From assembly GCA_947446285.1 (NCBI GenBank), contig CANFGH010000004.1:12926-76925 (forward strand): a stretch of DNA of 64,000 nucleotides, read 5' to 3'. Position 1 is the stretch's first letter. Every line of letters begins with the position of its first letter. Below, piece by piece: positions 1 through 8,319 of this stretch. This DNA is from Chloroflexota bacterium. Its GTDB lineage: Bacteria > Chloroflexota > UBA11872 > UBA12225. The position numbers and the translations under genes are program-made. The notes below the pieces were generated by a model. That model had not been told where the DNA came from. It saw only the letters and a program-made list of their open reading frames with translations, and did not search any database.

Positions 1-349
1 CGCCAATATCCTCCGTCAGATAGAGCGCGCCCACCCAGAGCCCGCATGCGTGCCGGTGAAACACCAGCGAAAAGAGTGTCCCGCCAAACACAAGCCCCAC
101 TATGAGCGGCACGATTGGCGCCCGCTCGAATACTGCACCCCACCAGATCCCGATTGTTGCGAGGATCGTGGTCGCCACTAGATTGATCGCCATGCCTCCA
201 GTGACTTCACCAGTGCGTGTCTCGATTGGGGCGCGACACGCCGGGCAGGACTCGACGAGGGTGAACAACGTCGCACTGATATGCCCGCGCCCGCAGCGGG
301 GGCAGCGCAGGGTAAGACCCCGCAGCAGCAGCCTGAGTGGAACGTTCAT
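1..349 (-). CDS. DUF983-like zinc-ribbon membrane protein (partial; 3' end runs off left edge)
   Basis: ATG at 349-347 on the minus strand. My translation is MNVPLRLLLRGLTLRCPRCGRGHISATLFTLVESCPACRAPIETRTGEVTGGMAINLVATTILATIGIWWG..., a CxxC..CxxC ribbon plus hydrophobic helices. The frame is open to position 1. It is absent from the ORF track because there is no in-window stop. Confidence 0.6.
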   Translation of the reverse strand, partial: MNVPLRLLLRGLTLRCPRCGRGHISATLFTLVESCPACRAPIETRTGEVTGGMAINLVATTILATIGIWWGAVFERAPIVPLIVGLVFGGTLFSLVFHRHACGLWVGALYLTEDIG

Positions 350-381
350 GCCTCGATTATGCGGGCATTCAGGTCCGCCCC

Positions 382-1761
382 CTAGGCTTCTTGCCCGAGA
401 GCCTTCACGGCGAGGGACCCGCGGGGGCGCATCAGGGTGCCCCGGTACCGGATCAGCACGAGCGATAGGAGCGTGCCTGCAACCCCGAGCATCGTGAACG
501 CGGTGACCGGGTCGGTGGCGTCTATAAGCCCCCCGACCAACGGCGTCGTCAGGCCGGAACTCTCCTGGCCGATGAAATAGTACATGCCCAGTACTGTTGA
601 ACGGCGATGGGCGGGAACCGCATCGGCGAACAGGGACTCCAGCACGGGAAGGCGGGTATTCATTGAGAGCCCGTACAGGAGGAGCACCACGATCATCCCG
701 ACCCCGTACGGAACGTAGGTCAGTGCCAGAATGAGCGGACCAACCGATGCGGTCACCGCAATCAGCACTGGTGCCCGACCAAACCGGTCTGAAAGTGCAC
801 CACCAACCGGGGCGGAAACGATCCCGATCCCGGCCAGGAGGGAAATAGACAGTCCGGCAAGGTCACTCGGGACGTGATGGTGATCGACAAGGAAAAATGG
901 GATATAGGCGAACATCGAGGCAGTCAGGAGCTGTTCGCCAAGTGCCACGAACACCAACGGGCCAATCCCACGCAACGACGCGAGTGCACTCCCCTGTGAA
1001 GCGCGTTCCTGTTCGGTTGCCGGCCGTTCGCTTGTGGCTGCCCGAGCCGTCGTGATGAGCATCATTACTCCCGCGACCAGCGGTGCCACACTCAAGGCCA
1101 TGAATGAGTAGCGCCAACTCCCTGTGTAGCGAGCAACAGTGATCGCCATCACGGGAGTTAGCAGGAACGCGAGCGAGCCACCAATCACGTGGGTGCCAAG
1201 TGCCCGGCCTCGCGCTGCCGAAACAAAGGTCGCAGACAGGTAGGTCGACGCCGGCGCATGGTAGGTCGACGCCAGGATGCCCATCAACACAAGACATCCA
1301 ACCAGCGACCAGAAATCCTGCGTGAGCGAGATGGCGATGCAGAGCAGACCCGCACCGACGAGGCCAACGGCAATGACGAGACGCTTGCTCATGTGGTCGG
1401 CAAGGGCCGAGACTGGCAACTGCGCCAACCCAAGGGCTAGCCCTTGGGCCGAAAGCAGCAAGCCCGCCTGCGTGTAATCAAGATGGAAGTCATCCCGCAA
1501 CAGCGGAAGCAGAGGTTGCAGCCCACCAGTTCCGACGTGATGCGCGAGGTGGGCAAACATGAACGTCGGCAGTACCAGCCAGGAAACGACCCGGGACGAG
1601 ACCGCAGGGACCGCAGGCTGCGCTGGAGGCTGCGCTGGAGGCTGCGCTGGAGGCTGCGCTGGAGGCCCCACCTCTGACGCCTGGGCGTCGCCCCCAACCA
1701 CCGAGTGTCTTGATGTGTCCGGGTCATCATCACTGCGATGGGATGCAGGGTCAGTCTTCAC
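382..1761 (-). CDS. MFS transporter
   Basis: 459-aa ORF with about 12 hydrophobic helices, the MFS loop motif G-x-L-S-D-R-F-GR and an acidic/Pro-rich N-terminal tail. Confidence 0.85.
   Translation of the reverse strand: MKTDPASHRSDDDPDTSRHSVVGGDAQASEVGPPAQPPAQPPAQPPAQPAVPAVSSRVVSWLVLPTFMFAHLAHHVGTGGLQPLLPLLRDDFHLDYTQAGLLLSAQGLALGLAQLPVSALADHMSKRLVIAVGLVGAGLLCIAISLTQDFWSLVGCLVLMGILASTYHAPASTYLSATFVSAARGRALGTHVIGGSLAFLLTPVMAITVARYTGSWRYSFMALSVAPLVAGVMMLITTARAATSERPATEQERASQGSALASLRGIGPLVFVALGEQLLTASMFAYIPFFLVDHHHVPSDLAGLSISLLAGIGIVSAPVGGALSDRFGRAPVLIAVTASVGPLILALTYVPYGVGMIVVLLLYGLSMNTRLPVLESLFADAVPAHRRSTVLGMYYFIGQESSGLTTPLVGGLIDATDPVTAFTMLGVAGTLLSLVLIRYRGTLMRPRGSLAVKALGQEA
1616..1663. repeat. 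Perfect 12-nt tandem repeat x4 (ggctgcgctgga), in frame, encoding (PAQP)4 in the MFS N-terminal tail
   Basis: Read directly from the sequence at 1616-1663. The minus-frame protein shows PAQPPAQPPAQPPAQP. Confidence 0.9.
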
Positions 1762-1803
1762 GGCGCGATGGTATCCGCATTACTGACCCAAGTGGCACCG
1801 TAA

Positions 1804-3318
1804 ATGACCCGGCTACAATGCGCAAGTGAGGCATCAATGACATCATCGGGGACGAGGACCGTCGTCGCGGTCATCGCGGGAACCTTCCTGATCATGTTTG
1901 CGGTGTCCCCAATTTCCATCGTCCTGCCGACGTTGGCTGCTGAACTCGGGATTGACCTCGCCGAGGCAAGCTGGATCATGACGGCCTATCTGGTGCCGCT
2001 GACAGCGTGTCTGCTGCCGTCCGGACGACTAGGCGACCAGTTCGGTCACACACGGATCTTCTTCTGGGGTCTCGTGCTTTCGACGTGCGCAGCAATCGCC
2101 GGGTCACTCGCACCACATTGGTACCTGCTGCTGATTGCCCGCGCCGTGCAAGGCGTCGGCGCGGCCCTCGTCTCCGCAAACTGTTATCCGATCATCACGG
2201 CAACGGTTGCGTCCAATCAGCGTGGTCGGGGTGATGGGATTGCGACCATGGCATCTTCCCTCGGGTCGATGGCTGGAACGGCATTGGGGCCGCTCTTTGT
2301 CTCACCGCTGACCTGGCGGTGGGCGTTCGTAACCGCGGCGGCTGCCGGATGCATCGCAATCGCCGTGGCATGGCCGACAGTTGTTTCACCAAGTCCGGCA
2401 CAGTCTGGCGCGACGCCCCGCCGTAACCAGACCGACTGGCCGGGGGCAATCCTCCTCCTGCTCACATTGATCGTGGCGTCGCTGTCACTCAACCACTTCC
2501 ATGACGGCCCGGAAACTTTTGCAGACGGGTGGCGATGGCACCTGCCGATGCACGGGGTCACCGCGGCACTATTCCTGATGTTCGTGTTGATCGAACAGCG
2601 GGTGCCGGAACCCCTAATACGGTTCAGTCAGTTCCGCAATATCCGGTTCTCGACCGCGATGGTGGCGAACGGTGTCCTCCACATGACCATGATGATGACC
2701 ATCTTCAGCATGCCATTCCTCATGCAGAGAGGTCTGGGCATGTCGGCCGTGACGACCGCTGGGCTGGTGGCAACCATGCAGGCCGTCACCGTCGCGATGA
2801 CCCTCATCGGAGGCTGGTTGTATGACCGCACCCGTTCGCCATGGCTGTGCGTCGTCGGTCTGAGTTGCGTGGCAGGAGGACTCACAATCCTTGGGCTCGA
2901 CCCAAGTGGCATGGACATCGTGACGCTTTTCATCCTGATCGTGATCATGGGCTTTGGGTCCGGGATCTTCCTCACCACGAACAACACGCGCATCATGAGC
3001 GCCCTTTCGCCGGAATACCGAGGGTTTGCGTCCGGCATGCTCGAGACGACCAGGCAGTACGGCCACACGCTCGGAGTTGCGGTCGCCACGATTGGCCTGT
3101 CCGGAGTCATCGGTGGGGCGGTGACATCCGAAACGAACCCGGCAGTCCTTGAGGGTTTCGCACTTTCAGCTGCCGTGACAGCCGCAATTACCTGGGTAGG
3201 TGTCGGTCTGGCGGCATACCCCATCTGGTCACGTACGACGCGAATCTCGGAAAGCAGTGACGCCCTTGACGCATCGCCCCTCGGTCTCGCGGTCGAAACC
3301 CGGACCACGAGGGGGTAG
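1804..3318 (+). CDS. MFS transporter, DHA2 (EmrB/QacA-like, 14-TM type)
   Basis: 504-aa ORF with the motif LPSGRLGDQFG, many TM helices and a length typical of DHA2. The start could be the internal ATG at 1837. Confidence 0.85.
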   Translation: MTRLQCASEASMTSSGTRTVVAVIAGTFLIMFAVSPISIVLPTLAAELGIDLAEASWIMTAYLVPLTACLLPSGRLGDQFGHTRIFFWGLVLSTCAAIAGSLAPHWYLLLIARAVQGVGAALVSANCYPIITATVASNQRGRGDGIATMASSLGSMAGTALGPLFVSPLTWRWAFVTAAAAGCIAIAVAWPTVVSPSPAQSGATPRRNQTDWPGAILLLLTLIVASLSLNHFHDGPETFADGWRWHLPMHGVTAALFLMFVLIEQRVPEPLIRFSQFRNIRFSTAMVANGVLHMTMMMTIFSMPFLMQRGLGMSAVTTAGLVATMQAVTVAMTLIGGWLYDRTRSPWLCVVGLSCVAGGLTILGLDPSGMDIVTLFILIVIMGFGSGIFLTTNNTRIMSALSPEYRGFASGMLETTRQYGHTLGVAVATIGLSGVIGGAVTSETNPAVLEGFALSAAVTAAITWVGVGLAAYPIWSRTTRISESSDALDASPLGLAVETRTTRG

Positions 3319-3356
3319 CCCGGCACGGTGAATACACCCACCGGAGGAGACCGGGA

Positions 3357-4700
3357 ATGACTATTCACTTCCCGGAGGTGACCCTATCCCGGCTTCATGG
3401 CCCCGCACAAACTTATGCCATAGCGGTGCGCTCATTTTCGCCAGTATCACGGAACTTCCTCGTGGCCTCATCACTTGGCGGGATCAACGCCGGCGTCTCG
3501 AGCGTCCTGTTGAACCTTTACATCCTTTCCCTCGGGAACGCAGAGGGTTATCTCGGACGTCTGCTTAGCCTTGGATCACTCGGTGCTGCGGCAGGTGCGC
3601 TCATCGGCGCCCAGATTGCCGACAAGTGGAGTTCCTGGGTCGCACTGATGCTTGGAACAGTCGTCGCCGGATCAGGTCTCCTCATCGTGCTCGTACCAGG
3701 GCTTGACCTCTTCCTGCCAGTCGGGACCTTTCTTGGAGGGCTCGGAGCGGTGACAGTCTATCTGGCCGTCCCACCGTTTCTTGCCAGCCACTCCAAACCA
3801 TCGAATCGGCCGTACTTGTTCGGGATCGCAGGTGCGAGCTATGTAGTGAGTACTGCCATCGGAAGCATCCTGGGAGGGTTCCTGCCGGCGATACTCAGGG
3901 ACGCGTTCCCAGAGACGTCTCAACCAGACATCTACCGCATATCGCTTGCGTTCGGTATCGCGTGCTCGGCAATCGGTGTTCCCTTCCTTTGGCGTGCGAG
4001 GCCAACCAGATCAGGATCGAGCGGGAACGATGACAGGGGATCGGATCAAGCGCCTGAATCGCGAATGGCAGGCATCCCAATCGCCCTCGACAAGGTTTCG
4101 TGGGCAACAGTCGTTCGCGATCCCATCGTGCGTCGCACGCTCGCCCGCTTTGTCCTGACAGATGGACTGATCCGCCTCGGGGGAAACCTGATTGTACCGT
4201 TCTTCAGTGTGTACTTCGTTCGCGAACTCGGTGCGTCGGAGGCCTGGTTCGGGACATTGCGCATTATCGAACGATCAATCGAAGTGATTGCAATGCTCGC
4301 AATCGCACCCGTCGCCGCGAGATTCGGTCCCGTGGCAACGATTGCTCTGTCGCAACTGGCCTCGGTTCCGATGCTGCTCGGGCTCGGGTTCGCACCTAGC
4401 CTTGGCTTCGCGTCAGGAATCTTCCTAATCCGTGGCACCCTGATGGAAATGACCGTTCCACTGCGCGACAACTTCATGATGGACCGCTTGCCACCGGGAT
4501 CCAGGGCGACGGTCAGCGCCGCCGTCCTGCTGTTCGGCTACGCGATCGCATTCTTCAGCGTCCGGGTTGGAGGACAGATGGTCCAATCCGGCCATCGAGA
4601 CTACACCTACATGATCGCTGGCGCACTCTACACCATTAGTGCCGTACTCTTCTTCAGTCTCTTCAGAGACGAACCGAGCGACAAAGCGCGCGTCGCCTGA
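3357..4700 (+). CDS. MFS transporter
   Basis: 447-aa ORF with 12 predicted hydrophobic helices and a central cytoplasmic loop. Confidence 0.8.
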   Translation: MTIHFPEVTLSRLHGPAQTYAIAVRSFSPVSRNFLVASSLGGINAGVSSVLLNLYILSLGNAEGYLGRLLSLGSLGAAAGALIGAQIADKWSSWVALMLGTVVAGSGLLIVLVPGLDLFLPVGTFLGGLGAVTVYLAVPPFLASHSKPSNRPYLFGIAGASYVVSTAIGSILGGFLPAILRDAFPETSQPDIYRISLAFGIACSAIGVPFLWRARPTRSGSSGNDDRGSDQAPESRMAGIPIALDKVSWATVVRDPIVRRTLARFVLTDGLIRLGGNLIVPFFSVYFVRELGASEAWFGTLRIIERSIEVIAMLAIAPVAARFGPVATIALSQLASVPMLLGLGFAPSLGFASGIFLIRGTLMEMTVPLRDNFMMDRLPPGSRATVSAAVLLFGYAIAFFSVRVGGQMVQSGHRDYTYMIAGALYTISAVLFFSLFRDEPSDKARVA

Positions 4701-4911
4701 GCCCAGGAACCACCCAACTCGAGCACCATCCATTCGCGTCAGAGACACAAACGGTATATGCTGCGGCCTATAATCACCGTGGGCGTGACCTGGTGCGGGT
4801 CTCCAAGATGAGCATGCTCACGACGCATCCCTCGAAATAGGCCGTGTTCCCGACCACACCAACCTGCTCCGCTTGCGGACCAGTGAACTAGACCCTGAGG
4901 ACTGAATCGGA

Positions 4912-5298
4912 ATGGTCGGTACATCAAACGACCCAACGGAACCGATCGATATACGCTACGACAACTCGAACGCCCGTCTTGAGATCGACTGGGCCGATGG
5001 GGTCACGAGCGTGTACCGCTATGAGTTCCTCCGGTGGGAATGTCCGTGTGCCCAGTGTGCCGGCGAAATGGGCATACCCGGTCAACTTCAGTTCGTCACG
5101 GCATTAGCGCCGGAACAGTACCTGCTTGCAGGCATCCAGATTGTTGGACATTACGCGGTCCGACCAACGTGGTCCGATGGCCATGACACCGGGATTTATG
5201 CGTTCGCCCGCCTCCGCCGGATTTCAGACCGGGCAAGGGAGGATTTCGAATCTCCTCGACCTGCGGGCACCAAAACAACAGTCAATGGTCCGGCGTGA
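4912..5298 (+). CDS. DUF971 (gamma-butyrobetaine hydroxylase N-terminal-like) small protein
   Basis: The pattern LEIDWADG..YRYEFLRWECPCAQC...VRPTWSDGHDTGIY is typical of DUF971. Confidence 0.75.
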   Translation: MVGTSNDPTEPIDIRYDNSNARLEIDWADGVTSVYRYEFLRWECPCAQCAGEMGIPGQLQFVTALAPEQYLLAGIQIVGHYAVRPTWSDGHDTGIYAFARLRRISDRAREDFESPRPAGTKTTVNGPA

Positions 5299-5813
5299 TG
5301 GAACGCCAGTTTCGCGCGTCTTCGTCGGTCAATTGGTGCATCGGGCTTTTGATGTTTGACGCGATCGCATTGGTTTGGGACGCCTTCAACCGGTACCGAG
5401 ACGGGGCGACATTCACACCCATCATGTGGGTCTTGGTTGCCATCGTCTGTGCCGTCACCGGTGCGAACCTGTACATGCGATGGGGACGTTCGCGATGTCG
5501 CTTGAACACCGTCGGCATGGAACTAGAGGTTGATGGCGTCGCCCGGGAAATCCGTTGGGCTGACGTTGCAGGAATTCGTGAGTTTCGCGGCCCAGCCCTT
5601 GGCCTGTACGACCAAGGCCTCCTGGTTGGGCCATTCCTGCCTGGTGGGATGCTTGCCGGGGAACGGATCCTGGAGATCATTCACCGACCCGGGCAACGCA
5701 CCTTGATCAGGGACTCCCTCTTCGAAGGGTATGGGGCACTTCGCGGCGACGTTCTCCGCTTCTGCCGGGACGCCGAGGTCAACATGAACGCGCGCTACTG
5801 GCGGGCCGAGTGA
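5298..5813 (+). CDS. Hypothetical membrane protein (two N-terminal TM helices plus a soluble domain)
   Basis: The ATG at 5298 overlaps the preceding TGA (TGATG), suggesting coupling. Codon bias is coding-like. No family recognised. Confidence 0.45.
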   Translation: MERQFRASSSVNWCIGLLMFDAIALVWDAFNRYRDGATFTPIMWVLVAIVCAVTGANLYMRWGRSRCRLNTVGMELEVDGVAREIRWADVAGIREFRGPALGLYDQGLLVGPFLPGGMLAGERILEIIHRPGQRTLIRDSLFEGYGALRGDVLRFCRDAEVNMNARYWRAE

Positions 5814-5847
5814 CCCGCCGGTAACCAGCGTTCGCTAACTATTGCGA

Positions 5848-7404
5848 TCAATCGTGATACGACGCTTGCCGTTCAAATGGGAAAAGCGGCTTCCGGCGAT
5901 GCACGTAGACGAATGAGTTGAGGTCCGCCGACGTGACCCCGGCGGTATTCGCGAGGATCACTTCCGAGGCGATTGGCTGGTAGGCAGGACGTGGCGAAAC
6001 GACCCCCTTCGCCACGATGATCTGCTTCTGTTCGGGACGAACTCCGCACGAATACATCTGCTCAATGCTTGTGTTGCCGATGCGATGACTGGTCAGGACC
6101 AGCGTGACGCCTCCTGCAAGCTCCAGGACACCCGTCGCACCGCCATCGAAGAAGCGCTGGCCACCGTGTGTGGGACGCCAATCCTCAAAGACTCCGTCGG
6201 TGATCGCACGCACCGTCCCGGTGACCCGCACAGGCTTGCCGTGACGCCCATCGGTCTTGCCACCAACTGAAAGGGTCACTTGCGCCCCAGGGCCGACCTC
6301 CATGCATGCTGCGACGGCCTCGGGGTCATACAAGGTCTGGAGATAGTTCTTGACACCCTGTTTCAGGGCAATCTCAAGCAGAAATGTCGAGTCTGCCGGT
6401 CCGCCACCACCGATGTTGTCTCCGACATCCATGATGACCACCGGTCCAGGTGCCGACGCAGCGTGGGCGATGGCATCGGCAGGGGAATACACATCACCGA
6501 CAAACGCCTCGCGGTTTTCCCAAGCCCTCGCCGCCATCCACCTCGAGCCTCGGGCCGCAAGGTCGGGGTCTCCGTCGGAAATCGCCAGGAATGCCATTCC
6601 CATTTCCTCGACGTCGGCATACGGATACCCTTCTGCCGCACTGGCTGAAAGCATCCCCGGCCAACGTTCGACGGTATCGACATCGGCAACGACAGAGGCC
6701 ATCGGCTCCTCGCCGGTGTATTGCTTGATGATGTTGATCACCATCGGAGGCGTTTCAAGGTGCTGGACCGGACGGATCTCACCCCGGATCGTGCGAAGGA
6801 TCAGGTTGGCACATTCACGTGCCCTTACCCGGGAATCGATGTGTGGGTTTGTCCGGTAGATCGTGGTGATCGTCGTGGCATCGATCATCCTGTGGGTGAT
6901 GTTGCCGTGCATGTCCAGCGCCATGCCGACTGGCACGTCCGGGCCGACGACGGCGCGCACACGTGACGCGACCTCTCCATCCGCGTCTGGGAACCCCTCG
7001 GCAACTGCGGCTCCATGTTGGGCAAGGAGAACCCCATCCCACGGACCATGCTTCTGAAGCAGGTCAATGATTTCTCCGACGATCCGGCCGAACGCGTCAG
7101 ACGTGATCTGCGCACAAGGTCCAGTGGTGGTGTAGAGCAGCGGGACAACGGTGACCCCTGGTTCGCTCCCTACCTCAAGAAATCCGGCAACCGTCGTCTG
7201 CGCCGTTGCATGGACCGCAAGGACTTCGTCCCCACGCAGGATCCCGTCAGCTTCGAAACTCTCATACCGCGCGGGCACGTCTGAGAACGTGTTCGTCTCA
7301 TGCGCAATACCGACCAGCGCGAGGCGGATTGGGCGGGCTTCGGATCGAACAGTCGTGGTCACGCAAACCTCCAGGATCGCATCGGAACTGGTCACGAGGG
7401 TCAC
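5848..7404 (-). CDS. M81 family metallopeptidase (MlrC-like, DUF1485 N-terminal domain)
   Basis: N-terminal IRLALVGIAHETNTFS and overall 518-aa length resemble MlrC/microcystinase C-like proteins. Confidence 0.8.
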   Translation of the reverse strand: MTLVTSSDAILEVCVTTTVRSEARPIRLALVGIAHETNTFSDVPARYESFEADGILRGDEVLAVHATAQTTVAGFLEVGSEPGVTVVPLLYTTTGPCAQITSDAFGRIVGEIIDLLQKHGPWDGVLLAQHGAAVAEGFPDADGEVASRVRAVVGPDVPVGMALDMHGNITHRMIDATTITTIYRTNPHIDSRVRARECANLILRTIRGEIRPVQHLETPPMVINIIKQYTGEEPMASVVADVDTVERWPGMLSASAAEGYPYADVEEMGMAFLAISDGDPDLAARGSRWMAARAWENREAFVGDVYSPADAIAHAASAPGPVVIMDVGDNIGGGGPADSTFLLEIALKQGVKNYLQTLYDPEAVAACMEVGPGAQVTLSVGGKTDGRHGKPVRVTGTVRAITDGVFEDWRPTHGGQRFFDGGATGVLELAGGVTLVLTSHRIGNTSIEQMYSCGVRPEQKQIIVAKGVVSPRPAYQPIASEVILANTAGVTSADLNSFVYVHRRKPLFPFERQASYHD

Positions 7405-7548
7405 CGAAGTGCCTTACATGAATGCAAGCACTCATTGCCCAGATTGGGCAGATTGCTCGTGCTTCCTGCCGTTTTGCGACGGTGAGTACGGTATCCGACA
7501 ACGGAATTCCATGCCGAATACCGCTCGCCTCAGTCGGGTGACTTGCAA

Positions 7549-7776
7549 CTACACCCGACCCGTGAGTTCCCCAGGGTTGGGAAAGCGACCACTGTGCTTC
7601 TTGGAGAAGAGAACCTCGGAGCCGCGTCGAACTTCGAACACGCCACCGCTACCCGGGATCAGCCGAACCTGGTTTGGCATCCCCGCCTGCTTGAACTCTG
7701 CCGCCAGACCGGCGGCTCGCTTTTCATACCCTCAAGACGTGCAATATTCAATCGTGATCTCGACATTTTCGGCCAT
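7549..7776 (-). CDS. SelW/SelT/Rdx-family thioredoxin-fold selenoprotein with in-frame UGA (Sec15)
   Basis: My translation is MAENVEITIEYCTSUGYEKRAAGLAAEFKQAGMPNQVRLIPGSGGVFEVRRGSEVLFSKKHSGRFPNPGELTGRV. The TGA at 7734-7732 falls at the second position of the CxxC/CxxU motif. A GGGAG Shine-Dalgarno sits 5 nt upstream of the ATG. A hairpin lies downstream of the UGA. Confidence 0.75.
7700..7716 (-). promoter_or_regulatory. Putative bacterial SECIS hairpin (GCCGCC-GGUCU-GGCGGC)
   Basis: The stem starts 15 nt after the UGA. The apical GGUCUG is in the reading frame as GGU CUG, and resembles my recollection of the E. coli fdhF SECIS apical sequence. Confidence 0.55.
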
Positions 7777-7887
7777 GGGAACTCCCTTTCACACGGTGCC
7801 AATGATCCCGACCACGCAGGTCCGGAGCGGAACCGCAATGCCCGTCCGGGCGTGCCGCCATTCTGCCACACTTCCGCGTGAACCCAA

Positions 7888-8319
7888 ATGCCGTCCGGCT
7901 CAAAGTTCGAACCTGAAAGCATTGTGATGTGTGACGCGTCTACCATTCGTGCACTTCAGGACCAGACCGGCGAGCGCATCTCCAGTGACGAGGGATGGCA
8001 GTCCCGTTCCAATGCGGACTCCGCGACCGCGAACATCTTTCTGGAACAGGTAATCGCGCGCACGGATGCCGTCATCGCAGAGTGCTTCAGCGCGCAAACT
8101 TACGGAAACAAGTCCCGCAGCCCAAACGAGATTGCCGACGATGTCGCCGATAACGCGCGTCTCCTCCTCCGCGATCTTTGCGAACTCTGGAGAGGGGTTG
8201 CGTTTGAGACTACATCGTTTCACCCGCATGCTGGTACCACGCTGTTTCCCGGGGTTTCCGATCTCGATGAATGGCTTTCGGCGCTCAACACAAGAATGCA
8301 AATGACTGGACTGAGATGA
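7888..8319 (+). CDS. Hypothetical protein (start may be the ATG at 7927)
   Basis: Coding-like GC3 bias. Its stop overlaps the next gene's ATG (ATGA at 8316-8319). No family recognised. Confidence 0.4.
   Translation: MPSGSKFEPESIVMCDASTIRALQDQTGERISSDEGWQSRSNADSATANIFLEQVIARTDAVIAECFSAQTYGNKSRSPNEIADDVADNARLLLRDLCELWRGVAFETTSFHPHAGTTLFPGVSDLDEWLSALNTRMQMTGLR

Noticed and set aside
102-497. 131-aa plus-strand ORF at the left edge.
   Set aside because: It is overlapped on the opposite strand by the DUF983-like gene (1-349) and the MFS 3' end. Its translation is Arg/Pro-rich with no recognisable domain.
4701-4911. 212-nt spacer with a TATAAT box (about 4768-4773) and a ~135-nt leader before the DUF971 gene; considered as a riboswitch.
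   Set aside because: I could not match any known riboswitch core sequence or a convincing conserved multi-stem fold. It is left as an ordinary promoter and 5' UTR.
7151-7927. 258-aa plus-strand ORF spanning the MlrC 5' end and the SelW-like gene region. Similar long ORFs in the track include 19198-20169 (+), 24978-25925 (-), 26511-27593 (-), 40323-41243 (-), 55466-56617 (+), 9635-10294 (-), 2628-3368 (-) and 13615-14187 (-).
   Set aside because: All lie antisense to, or out of frame with, genes that have clear family motifs. Their translations are Arg/Pro/Gly-rich low-complexity sequence, typical of shadow ORFs in GC-rich DNA. I recognised no motifs in them.
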